From a virus: 64,000 nucleotides of DNA. Numbering within the stretch: the stretch's first letter is position 1; each line of letters starts with the position of its first letter. Below the pieces are notes generated by a model. The model had not been told where the DNA came from, made no database searches, and saw only the letters and a list, made by a program, of their open reading frames with translations. Made by a program: the position numbers and the translations under genes. Positions 9,664 to 18,796 of this stretch are shown piece after piece. Location: positions 1-64,000 of the IMG/VR virus record IMGVR_UViG_3300020455_000892; one strand, 5' to 3'.

Positions 9664-10773
9664 TTAGCAACAACACCAGCTTATACAGACCATGCCCATT
9701 CGACCACTGTCTCCGCCACATGCATTACAGCCACCAAAAGTACTTCCTGCCGCTCCGCCTGAACCTGGAATTTGTCTATGGTTACATCCTGTATAGTTAC
9801 ATCCAAAACAACTGCTACCACCCTGCCATGAAAATTTACAAGTACAATCCTCATAACCATAAACTGGTGCTGGACATGTCTCACTGCCATTGTTAAGATC
9901 TGATCCGATTTTCATATAAGGATACATACTTGGAATACCAAAACAACATGCATTTCTGTCGGTTGCTATACAAGTGTAACACCAGGATCTTTGATTTGAA
10001 TATACAAAATCAATTTCTAACATATCACTACCACTATCCCAACAAAAATTCCATCCGCTACACTGATATGCACCGCACAGGTTGTTTGAAGCACCTGATG
10101 GTATTTCAGCTGATTGGTTTGTGTTTCCTACAAATTTATTTCCTGAATGGCTTCTTGTTGACGTCATCCAGTCTGTAAAACATGCTAGTCCACTTAGTGT
10201 ACACAAGAATAATCCTGGTCCACAAATACAAGTATTGCCTCCACAATATCCGTTTGTAGTTTGATATGCATAACAACAATAAGCACAACCAACATCCATA
10301 TAGTAGGATTCACCTGCAGTTACATCCATTTCAATTACAGTATATGCTCCACTAGGTCCAAAAGGTGCACCGCCACAACAACAGTTTGATCCTGTTCCGC
10401 CGCCGGATCCCCAACTTTGAAAAGTTGCTCTTGTCACTCCAGATGGCACTGTCCAAGTACATGTTGTACCACATCTGAAATAACCACTTGTATCACACGC
10501 TTTAAAACCATTAGGTTTTGCGGCTGTTAAATTTCCAAGAACTGCCGCCCATTCTGTTTTTAATCTAGCTGTAGAAGCCGTGCCACCGCCGCCACCTGAT
10601 TCAGGAGCCGCACAACTAATTCCAGTAATTCTATCTGAAGAACTTGTACCTAATGCACCATTTGCGGCTGTATAGACATTTGCGGAACCAGCGGCTCCAT
10701 CTTTAAAATCTCTCCACATATCGCGGAGTCTTTGGTTTTCTTTCATTGCGGCATATAAAAGTACATCACTCAT
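9664..10773 (-). CDS. Cys-rich, Gly-rich protein (probably virion/fibre-associated)
   Basis: About 34 Cys in 369 aa; CTWTVPSGVTRATFQSWGSGG...CCCGG...GRMGMVCISW Gly-rich domain pattern. Confidence 0.6.
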   Translation of the reverse strand: MSDVLLYAAMKENQRLRDMWRDFKDGAAGSANVYTAANGALGTSSSDRITGISCAAPESGGGGGTASTARLKTEWAAVLGNLTAAKPNGFKACDTSGYFRCGTTCTWTVPSGVTRATFQSWGSGGGTGSNCCCGGAPFGPSGAYTVIEMDVTAGESYYMDVGCAYCCYAYQTTNGYCGGNTCICGPGLFLCTLSGLACFTDWMTSTRSHSGNKFVGNTNQSAEIPSGASNNLCGAYQCSGWNFCWDSGSDMLEIDFVYSNQRSWCYTCIATDRNACCFGIPSMYPYMKIGSDLNNGSETCPAPVYGYEDCTCKFSWQGGSSCFGCNYTGCNHRQIPGSGGAAGSTFGGCNACGGDSGRMGMVCISWCCC

Positions 10774-10782
10774 TAGCTACTC

Positions 10783-11466
10783 CTATACATCTTCATTTTC
10801 GGATACCTTAGAAGGTAGTGATTCAAATAACGTACCTAACTCTGCTGGTATCTGAGGCATTGAACCTTCTGAGATTGTTATAAATTTCCAAGGGTAACAA
10901 TTGGCATATGATGCAATATATGTATCTATATCACTGATAAATGTGTCAATAGCAGATTGTTGATCTGTAGTAAAAGCATATTGGTTATTGTATCTTTCAA
11001 CATATGCTTTTCTAGCTTTTGCTTTTACTTCAGGAGCAGTGTCTGTTGTCTTGTAAATAGGTGTTAATTTAATTTTTGAGCTATCTGATGGGTCAACAAT
11101 ACAATCCATCCAATCTCTTAATCTAGGATTGGTAATTTTTTTGTATACACTGTCATCAAAAGCGTTTGTTTCATCTTCAAATGTATGTGTAAAGTCATCA
11201 GCAATAGGTTGTGACCACATACCAACTTCTGGTTGTGCATCACAATCAACTTCAATTACACTAATACCTGATTGAGTTAACATTGCAAGTTCATCACTAT
11301 CTGGCTCATCAAATGAAATATAGTTTATTTGTTCTTCGTTGTTTGATCCTAACCATACTTTATCAGGTCCAGTATATGTGTAGGTAGCTGTATTGGAATC
11401 GTCATGCTTATCGATCCACAGCTCGTCTGGAACATCAATTGTAAATTCTTTTGTAATATCTGCCAT
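10783..11466 (-). CDS. Hypothetical protein, possible assembly chaperone of the Cys-rich proteins
   Basis: 227 aa acidic ORF between the two Cys-rich paralogs, with its own TAAATA box at 11486-11493. Confidence 0.45.
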   Translation of the reverse strand: MADITKEFTIDVPDELWIDKHDDSNTATYTYTGPDKVWLGSNNEEQINYISFDEPDSDELAMLTQSGISVIEVDCDAQPEVGMWSQPIADDFTHTFEDETNAFDDSVYKKITNPRLRDWMDCIVDPSDSSKIKLTPIYKTTDTAPEVKAKARKAYVERYNNQYAFTTDQQSAIDTFISDIDTYIASYANCYPWKFITISEGSMPQIPAELGTLFESLPSKVSENEDV

Positions 11467-11501
11467 ATTTTTTTACCTTCGTAATTATTTATCTTTTCTC
11501 A

Positions 11502-12512
11502 TTAAGCTGTCCACCAAGTTAATCGTACCATTCCCGGTCTACCAGAATCTCCACAATTACTATTTCCACCGCCCATAACGTGTGTTGCTGTACCACCTGC
11601 TCCATATACTTGTCTATACCCAGCGGATGCACTACAACAGCTACCACCACAACATGTACCACTACTATAACTAAAGCAACATTGACATGTGTTTGCCGCT
11701 ACTGTATGATCCACATCAATTACCGGAGCATGAAACTTGTATCCATAATGGTTTGTATCAAAACATGCTTTACCGTACAAGCTAGGAAGTCCGCAAGTAC
11801 AATCACCCATGTTGTAATTTGTAAATGAAATATCAGTATCTTTATGGAAATCAATTTCTCCACAAGTTGCACAACTACTAGTAAAACAATAATCATGTCC
11901 ACCATTACATAGACACGCACCTGAATCTCTATTTCCATCTGGAGATCTATATCTACAATATGTTTCACCATGCAACATTTCAGCAGATCTACCCATGCCA
12001 CTACATGCACCCATAGCTATTAAACATTGTGTTCCATTTGTGTTAGTTACATAACTCTGACACATAGTAGCAGGACCAGTACCTCTACTTGACCAACAAC
12101 AATATGTACATGCCGCACACATAAGCCAACTTTCACCTGCTGTAACTGGAAGAATACTTACTGCATATGCACCAGTTGGTCCATAATGACTTCCTCCACA
12201 ACAACAACCTGTGGCTGTGTACGCACCTGCACCCCATACTTGAAACATAGCTCTATTAACACCAGCTGGTACTGTCCAAGTACAAGTCGCTCCGCAACTA
12301 TTTTGTGTATTTGAACCCCATGCCGCACAAGTATAAATTTCTCTAGTAGCATCATAATTGCTATTATCATAAGGAAGTAAATTCCAGTTAGTTGGATCCC
12401 AGGGCGTATTGGTTAATTTTGCTTCTATTTTTTTAAACTCTTCTTCATCGATAAGGAGCCTGAGAGTTTCATTCTCTCTCATAAGTGCGTTATATAATAG
12501 TGCGTTTGCCAT
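11502..12512 (-). CDS. Cys-rich, Gly-rich protein, paralog of 9664-10773
   Basis: About 30 Cys in 336 aa; shares LLY.A..(K/R)EN..LR, CG.TCTWTVP.GV.RA.FQ.WG.G, CCCGG...GP.GAY and GDSGR.GMV with the paralog. Confidence 0.6.
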   Translation of the reverse strand: MANALLYNALMRENETLRLLIDEEEFKKIEAKLTNTPWDPTNWNLLPYDNSNYDATREIYTCAAWGSNTQNSCGATCTWTVPAGVNRAMFQVWGAGAYTATGCCCGGSHYGPTGAYAVSILPVTAGESWLMCAACTYCCWSSRGTGPATMCQSYVTNTNGTQCLIAMGACSGMGRSAEMLHGETYCRYRSPDGNRDSGACLCNGGHDYCFTSSCATCGEIDFHKDTDISFTNYNMGDCTCGLPSLYGKACFDTNHYGYKFHAPVIDVDHTVAANTCQCCFSYSSGTCCGGSCCSASAGYRQVYGAGGTATHVMGGGNSNCGDSGRPGMVRLTWWTA

Positions 12513-12537
12513 TTTTGTTCCTGTTTCTTAGTTATAT

Positions 12538-15500
12538 TTATGTCACTGTTATAGTGTCAACTTCACCATTTGTTTTATATGTAAGAGCTACAGTTTCTGT
12601 AGTAGCACCTACTGCTTGTGTAAAACTAGTTATTCTTTTGTATCTACCAAAGTCTATGTCGTCTATTGGAGCTCTACCTTGATACTCATATGTTACTGAA
12701 CTTACTGCAACACCAGTACTAGTTGCCGCTGTTACAAAACCGTCACTATCTTCAGTAGTTCCTGAGCTAGCATAAGGTGTAGCCGCTCCGCCACCAGATG
12801 AATCTCCCCATTCGACTGCATTTGCACTAGCATTAACTACTAGAACCTGTCCAGCATTTCCAATAGCCAATCTCTGTGGGCCTGTAGCATCTCTGTATAA
12901 CACATCACCTGCCGTAGACAGTAGTGAATTAGGTATAGCATTGTTATCAACATAACCTTTAACAGCCTGTTCTGTTGGAACAGCCGTGTTACTGTTTCCA
13001 CTTAGTGTGTTATCTGCACTAAATTCGTTAATACTTTCACCTAACTGAGCACCAATACTACCCAATCTCAAACTTGTCAAACCACTTAGGTCAAATGCAC
13101 TAGCATCCAATGTAGCTCTACCAGTTGACTGATCAACTCTAAAGTAGTTACCAACTCTAAAGTTACCATCTTGGTCTGTACTTACATAGTAAACACGACC
13201 TGGGTATGTCTCTGTAACTTCATTACCTTGTGAAGACGCTTGTGTTGGTTCACCTGGGTAGTTTGTAGATGCTCTACCACCAGTACCAATACTTAAGAAG
13301 TCATGTCCAGTAAGTCTAACTTGACTGTACTTGTATCTCAATCTAAACATTTGTCCATAATATGTATCGCTAGTATCAGGTTTTTCTGTTGCCAATGTTA
13401 CTGTACATGTTCCAAGTATAGTTGGATCACTGCTTGCAGTGTATCCTGAAACTGTAGTTACAATGTAACTAACTGTGTCTAAACCTGTGTTAGGTGTCCT
13501 AGTAATATCTACATTGTCTGTAGGATTGTATACTGGTCCTGTTACGAATTCAATACTTGCACCTGGTCTAGGTTCTTCACTCAATCCGGCTAGTACCATA
13601 CTAAATCCATGCTGTCCTTTGGCACTGTCAGCGGCTATAGTTGTAGCAGTTTGACCATCTTGTGCAGTAATTGTCGAAGCATCAGCTATGCTATCTGTTC
13701 TGTAAATTCCTGTAAATCTTTCCCAATGTGTATCTGCTGTACTGTGTTGTGTTGTTGTATTGTAAATAATAGTCGGTTTATCACTTGAACTTGTTTGAAT
13801 ATTATTACTAATTGGTGTACTCACATAATTATGTGTGGTTGTATTACTACTGATTCCAACATTAACTGTTATTGTAGTTGCTGTTGTGTCTATAACTTTT
13901 ACAAATACGCTTGTTTTTGCAGGATCACTACTTCTTGGGTAATCATGATTTGAACCATCTCCGTCTTGGGCACAAGTAAATCTAATACTGTCTTGCAATA
14001 TTTCTACATTGTCGCCAGGCTGAAGACTGTGCGTTCCGATATCCATTAGCAAAATACCAGTTGTTGGTGTGTATGTTGCGTTTGTAGATGTATAGCCAGT
14101 TCCGCCACCCATTCCAGAATGATTTACACAAACAGAGTATAGTTTTGCGGCTGTAGCACCTACTACCCAAACTTCTCTGCTAGTTGCGGCGTTAAATCCT
14201 GAATTATATGCGGCTAAGTCTGCCTGTTTAATTCCATCTAAGTAATATTCTACAGCATTACCTGTAAGCCCTGTTACAGCATCTTTAGCAGGATTATATT
14301 CTGTTCCACCATTATGTGTTCCGTCTTGTGTTTCGCTGAAATACAAAGGATGTCCATTATTGCTTAAATCATTTTGTTCAAAGATATACATTCTATGTTT
14401 TGTATCCATTTTGTGAGAACCTAGTTCTTCACCGTCGAATACATATCTGTTGCCTGATCCACTGTCTCTTACAGCCACTTTAATTGTTTTGCCTGTATAA
14501 CCTTTTATAGTACCATTTACAACCAATCTGTGATTAGCCGCTGGCTGAATATTGGTTTGAATATTAGCAACTGTTGATTTCATTTCTTTGTAATTAATTA
14601 TATCGCCACTAGTAAATGCTGTACCTGTTAATACTCTTTCAGCATTACCGCCACTTACATATGCACTAAAAGCCGTTCCGTCTAGTGTCGTTGTTAAGCC
14701 TGCATCTGTGTAAAGTTCGACTGTATTGGCTGTAATATTGTTTGCATAATAACTTTGACCATTCAATTGAGTCATACCAACAATACCAGAAATGTTCTGT
14801 ACTACACTACCATTGGAATATCCATGTCCTGTTATTGTTACAACAACTGGATTGGCTCTTGTAGCATCTGAGATTGTTTCATTTACTACACCCCAGCCGT
14901 TTATGCTTCGTGTGTCAAAGTAATTTGATAAATCTGGATTTGTACATATTCTAAATTGTGTTGCACTTACTACATCAGCATACCAAGTTCTATTGTACAT
15001 AGTAGCAGTACCATGACTTCCAAATGTCTTAGCCCAATCATTAGGAACAGTATCTTTGAACGCAACCATATCGCCTTCTGCAAGTCCATGTGGGTTAGCT
15101 GTTGTGATTGTACATTGTTGTTCGTTGGACACTGCGGTAATTGCAACATTGTTTGTGGTCGTACCACCATATGTTAGTGTATCGCCAACTGTAAATCCTT
15201 CTGATGTACCAAGTGTACTTGCTTGATAGGTAATTGTGTCACCGTAGACATATCCATCTGCGGCAACTTCGTTTGTATCAAAGCCAGCACTTAACGCACC
15301 GTAAGTACCATAACTGTTGTTTCCGTTCAATGCACGAATCTTACCACCGCCAGTTGATACATATCCATAATCATTATAGTAAGTAAAGCATGAAACAATT
15401 TCACTCAATCCATTGTTGCTTACCCAAAAGCCAATGCCGCCGTCATGTACTTGGGTGTATGTGTGAAACACCATACTGCCCGCTGTGCCTGCGGCAACTA

Positions 15501-17196
15501 CTGATCCATCAACAATAGCACCAACGCCTCCTGTTGAAAACGCACTTGATTCTTTGATGTAAGGTGATTTAAGTATTGTTGCTCCTGGTTTTAATCTTAA
15601 GTAACAACCTTTTACTGTACTAGTTGTTGGATCTCCAGGAGTACCCATTACAAATCCTGTTAGACCTTTCATTAAAATACCTTCAATCATTACACCACTA
15701 TCTAAGAAGAACATGGTTTCCTCATTGTTTGGTATTCCGTTATCCCCATTTCCAGCCGCTGGTTGAATAATACAGTTACGCTGTCCGTCACCAACAATAG
15801 TAACATCTGCTGGTACTGTGATTGGTAAAACCTCGCTGTATGTTCCGTCTTTGATAAAGATTGTAGCTGGTGTTCTGTTAGCTGTATCTGCCGCAATATA
15901 TTGACACGCATATTTTACACTTGCAAAAGCATAGTCAATTGCCGAACCGTGATTCACATCATCAGCACTACTAGTTGCATCTTCTGCTACATAGAAAATT
16001 TTGTCATTTGCACCTGCAAATTGCCAACTATATGTTGCTCCGTCTGGTGTTTGTAGATACTTACCAGCATTACCTGCTGTATTTGGAAGCACATAACTAG
16101 CACCTGCAACAAACTCTTCCCAATAATTATTTGTGTTCAAATCTATAAAAAAGTCTGCGCCAGCTGTATGATCTATTAAACAAATATATGTACTAACACT
16201 ACTCTTAACAATATCATCTTTAAGATAATTTGTAGCTGTGGTCCAATTACCCATGTAACGTATACCACTATTAAATTTCTGCCATTTTCCTGAAGATAAA
16301 TCTGTAGCAAATACACCTGATGTATGTCCTTCTAATACAATATATGTATTACCACCGTAGGTCACAACATCATTGATAGCATATGAAGTTGCACTTGCCC
16401 AATTTCCTCTACTATTAACTCCAGTTGAGAACGCTTCCCATTCAGTTCCATTTGTGTCTGGTTGTTTGTTTACGTTATCAATTTTTGCTCTATAAACATT
16501 ACCGCCGTATCGTACAGTTTCACCGATGTAGTAGCTTGTACTGTTTGACCAACTACCTTTAAAGCTATTACCATTAATAAAGTTTTCAAAGTATGCGGGA
16601 TCTGTTGGAAGATTTGCTGAACTGTTTTGTGTACAACGATATAAATTAGCACCATAAGCTACAATATCTCCTGGTGTGTATTGTGTCGCGGAATTGTAAA
16701 CACCTTGTGGGCTAACACCTTCTACAAACTTATCCCAATAACCTATATCAGTTGGAAGATTTCCTGTACTATCTTGTTTTGCAATATAAACCTGCGACCC
16801 GTATTTTACAAGGTCATTTTTTTGATATCCAGTGGAACCGACATAGTCGCCTTCCCATTGAATACCATCTGCGAATTGACTCCAGTATATTGCATTTGGA
16901 GGGTTATTGCCTTGTGTGTCAAGTATACATATGTAAACTTTACCACCATAAGTAACACCATCTCCTACTCTATACTGTGTTGCACTGTCATACACTTGTC
17001 TAAACTTAAAGCCTTCGACCATCAAAGTCCAATAAGTTTGATTGCTTGGTAGATTTCCTGTTGTTTTTGTTACATTTGCATATACATAAACATTACCACC
17101 GTACTTGACGATGTCATTTAATTCATATTCAGTGGCGGCGTCATATTCGCCTGCAAAATGAAATCTAAGTTTTCCGAGGTCTATAATTGTTGCCAT
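12538..17196 (-). CDS. Large virion/fibre protein (1552 aa) with N-terminal aromatic repeats, beta-helix-like region and cupredoxin-like insert
   Basis: About 7 repeats of W/Y..T.Y...D.V.YG...Y (CBM5/12-like); IFIKDGTYSE.LPI...GDGQR pectin-lyase-like start; C-terminal SQVRLTGHDFLSIGTG...STDQDGNFRVG. Confidence 0.7.
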   Translation of the reverse strand: MATIIDLGKLRFHFAGEYDAATEYELNDIVKYGGNVYVYANVTKTTGNLPSNQTYWTLMVEGFKFRQVYDSATQYRVGDGVTYGGKVYICILDTQGNNPPNAIYWSQFADGIQWEGDYVGSTGYQKNDLVKYGSQVYIAKQDSTGNLPTDIGYWDKFVEGVSPQGVYNSATQYTPGDIVAYGANLYRCTQNSSANLPTDPAYFENFINGNSFKGSWSNSTSYYIGETVRYGGNVYRAKIDNVNKQPDTNGTEWEAFSTGVNSRGNWASATSYAINDVVTYGGNTYIVLEGHTSGVFATDLSSGKWQKFNSGIRYMGNWTTATNYLKDDIVKSSVSTYICLIDHTAGADFFIDLNTNNYWEEFVAGASYVLPNTAGNAGKYLQTPDGATYSWQFAGANDKIFYVAEDATSSADDVNHGSAIDYAFASVKYACQYIAADTANRTPATIFIKDGTYSEVLPITVPADVTIVGDGQRNCIIQPAAGNGDNGIPNNEETMFFLDSGVMIEGILMKGLTGFVMGTPGDPTTSTVKGCYLRLKPGATILKSPYIKESSAFSTGGVGAIVDGSVVAAGTAGSMVFHTYTQVHDGGIGFWVSNNGLSEIVSCFTYYNDYGYVSTGGGKIRALNGNNSYGTYGALSAGFDTNEVAADGYVYGDTITYQASTLGTSEGFTVGDTLTYGGTTTNNVAITAVSNEQQCTITTANPHGLAEGDMVAFKDTVPNDWAKTFGSHGTATMYNRTWYADVVSATQFRICTNPDLSNYFDTRSINGWGVVNETISDATRANPVVVTITGHGYSNGSVVQNISGIVGMTQLNGQSYYANNITANTVELYTDAGLTTTLDGTAFSAYVSGGNAERVLTGTAFTSGDIINYKEMKSTVANIQTNIQPAANHRLVVNGTIKGYTGKTIKVAVRDSGSGNRYVFDGEELGSHKMDTKHRMYIFEQNDLSNNGHPLYFSETQDGTHNGGTEYNPAKDAVTGLTGNAVEYYLDGIKQADLAAYNSGFNAATSREVWVVGATAAKLYSVCVNHSGMGGGTGYTSTNATYTPTTGILLMDIGTHSLQPGDNVEILQDSIRFTCAQDGDGSNHDYPRSSDPAKTSVFVKVIDTTATTITVNVGISSNTTTHNYVSTPISNNIQTSSSDKPTIIYNTTTQHSTADTHWERFTGIYRTDSIADASTITAQDGQTATTIAADSAKGQHGFSMVLAGLSEEPRPGASIEFVTGPVYNPTDNVDITRTPNTGLDTVSYIVTTVSGYTASSDPTILGTCTVTLATEKPDTSDTYYGQMFRLRYKYSQVRLTGHDFLSIGTGGRASTNYPGEPTQASSQGNEVTETYPGRVYYVSTDQDGNFRVGNYFRVDQSTGRATLDASAFDLSGLTSLRLGSIGAQLGESINEFSADNTLSGNSNTAVPTEQAVKGYVDNNAIPNSLLSTAGDVLYRDATGPQRLAIGNAGQVLVVNASANAVEWGDSSGGGAATPYASSGTTEDSDGFVTAATSTGVAVSSVTYEYQGRAPIDDIDFGRYKRITSFTQAVGATTETVALTYKTNGEVDTITVT

Positions 17197-17249
17197 TTAT
17201 TGCGTCCTGTCTTTTAAAATACTATTGATATTTATGCCAATGCGTCTCA

Positions 17250-17531
17250 CTAGCTCAAAAATTTCATTTGAAGATGACCATTGCTGTCAATAGCAAATTC
17301 TATTGTATCAATACTAAAAAAGTGAGCTTTGTAATCATTGCTACCGCCAACAATCTCAGAATAAATTGTATCTGGTAACGCTATAGGGTCTGTGTCGTTA
17401 GCATCTATTACAGTGACCGTACAATCTCCAGTTGTATGTTCCATTTTAAATCCATAAAATGTTTTATCTCCATACGCTGTTCCGGTATAAATTCCGCCTG
17501 TGCTATCTGTTCTTGAATTGTTTACTGTCAT
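17250..17531 (-). CDS. Hypothetical virion protein
   Basis: 93 aa ORF in the structural operon. Confidence 0.5.
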   Translation of the reverse strand: MTVNNSRTDSTGGIYTGTAYGDKTFYGFKMEHTTGDCTVTVIDANDTDPIALPDTIYSEIVGGSNDYKAHFFSIDTIEFAIDSNGHLQMKFLS

Positions 17532-17532
17532 T

Positions 17533-17859
17533 TTATATTGCCTGATCCAATAAGCTCACTGATACAGTGAAAGCACTTCCTCTGTCTGCTTTTACTTTTA
17601 ATGCATCTCCAGTCAAGAGATATATTTTGTTTTGAGAAACCAAATCCACTGTTTCATTGGGAAAAACTTTCAACTTGTGAGCTACATGAGTCACCGTTGT
17701 ATCAGCATGTACTATTTCTAATGTAATAGGTAATGCACTGCCTTCAACATTTGTAACATATGCACTATGTAGGAAATGTTGTCCAGTACCACAAGTAACT
17801 AAAGTTGTACCTGTAGTAGTGTTAATAGTTGCTGTTTTATATGTTGTAAATGAAGCCAT
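17533..17859 (-). CDS. Small virion protein, paralog of 34196-34504
   Basis: Beta-rich 108 aa; KI.L..GD.L.V-like segment shared with 34196-34504. Confidence 0.55.
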   Translation of the reverse strand: MASFTTYKTATINTTTGTTLVTCGTGQHFLHSAYVTNVEGSALPITLEIVHADTTVTHVAHKLKVFPNETVDLVSQNKIYLLTGDALKVKADRGSAFTVSVSLLDQAI

Positions 17860-17886
17860 GTTCTTCCTTGTCTATATACTTATTTA

Positions 17887-18540
17887 TTAAAAGTCTAACA
17901 AGGAAAACAACCCACCTCCGCCACCACCACCGCTTACGGTACCTGGTTCGAATCTACTGTTTGCCAAGCTATAAACCAGAACTTGACCATCTGTCACGCC
18001 TGTTGTATCAACATCATTTAAGTCACCAATATTTGCGGCGGCTGTACCAGGTTCAAATTTTCCACTAGTACTATTCCAAACAATAGTTTGCCCATTTGTG
18101 GGAGGTGTTGTATTAGTATCAACATCAGTTAAATCATTAATGCTCATACCTTCAATGGTTGCAAACAAAGACTTGTTCATTGTCCAACGATCATTGGTAG
18201 CATCGTATGTAAATGTTGCATTAGCTCCATCTACAGTTAGTCCAGCTCCATCTGCCGCGGCGGCATTTGCCGATCCTTTGGCTACAGTGATATTAAGATC
18301 ATCTACGTCAAGTGTTGTACTGTTTATAGTAGTTGTTGTACCATCAACTTGTAGATTACCTTTGATTTGTAATAAGCCAGTTGCATCACCTACAGCCGCA
18401 GGATCAATAATAAATGTACTTGGACCTCTTAGTTCACCTGTAAGTGTGATATTGTTGGAAATTTCTGTATCACCAGTACTTGGATCATGATCCACATTAT
18501 TTGCAAAACTACCTAATTCAAAGTTCTTACTTGTTGGCAT
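17887..18540 (-). CDS. Virion structural/fibre protein
   Basis: GNLQVDGTTTTINS...AADGAGLTVDG module; two L.DVD...GQ.(I/L)V(W/Y)...FEPG repeats. Confidence 0.6.
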   Translation of the reverse strand: MPTSKNFELGSFANNVDHDPSTGDTEISNNITLTGELRGPSTFIIDPAAVGDATGLLQIKGNLQVDGTTTTINSTTLDVDDLNITVAKGSANAAAADGAGLTVDGANATFTYDATNDRWTMNKSLFATIEGMSINDLTDVDTNTTPPTNGQTIVWNSTSGKFEPGTAAANIGDLNDVDTTGVTDGQVLVYSLANSRFEPGTVSGGGGGGGLFSLLDF

Positions 18541-18551
18541 CTTTTATTCCT

Positions 18552-18794
18552 TTATGATTTCCAATATGTACGACCAGTTGCTATTACTTCATTGATTCTT
18601 GTCAAACTTTTACCTGCTGTGGTATATTTGTCGTCCAGTATCTCTGCTTCTAATTGCATTACTATACCTCCCACAGAGCTTTTTTTATCTGTGTCAGGTG
18701 CATCAGCCATTTTCATACCAGCGATAATATTTTCTATTATATCACAACTGTGTAACATTCTCTGATAATCTCTGTCAAGTTCGTTAACTGCCAT
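18552..18794 (-). CDS. Small hypothetical protein downstream of a fibre gene
   Basis: 80 aa helical ORF starting 2 nt after the upstream fibre stop. Confidence 0.5.
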   Translation of the reverse strand: MAVNELDRDYQRMLHSCDIIENIIAGMKMADAPDTDKKSSVGGIVMQLEAEILDDKYTTAGKSLTRINEVIATGRTYWKS

Positions 18795-18796
18795 TT

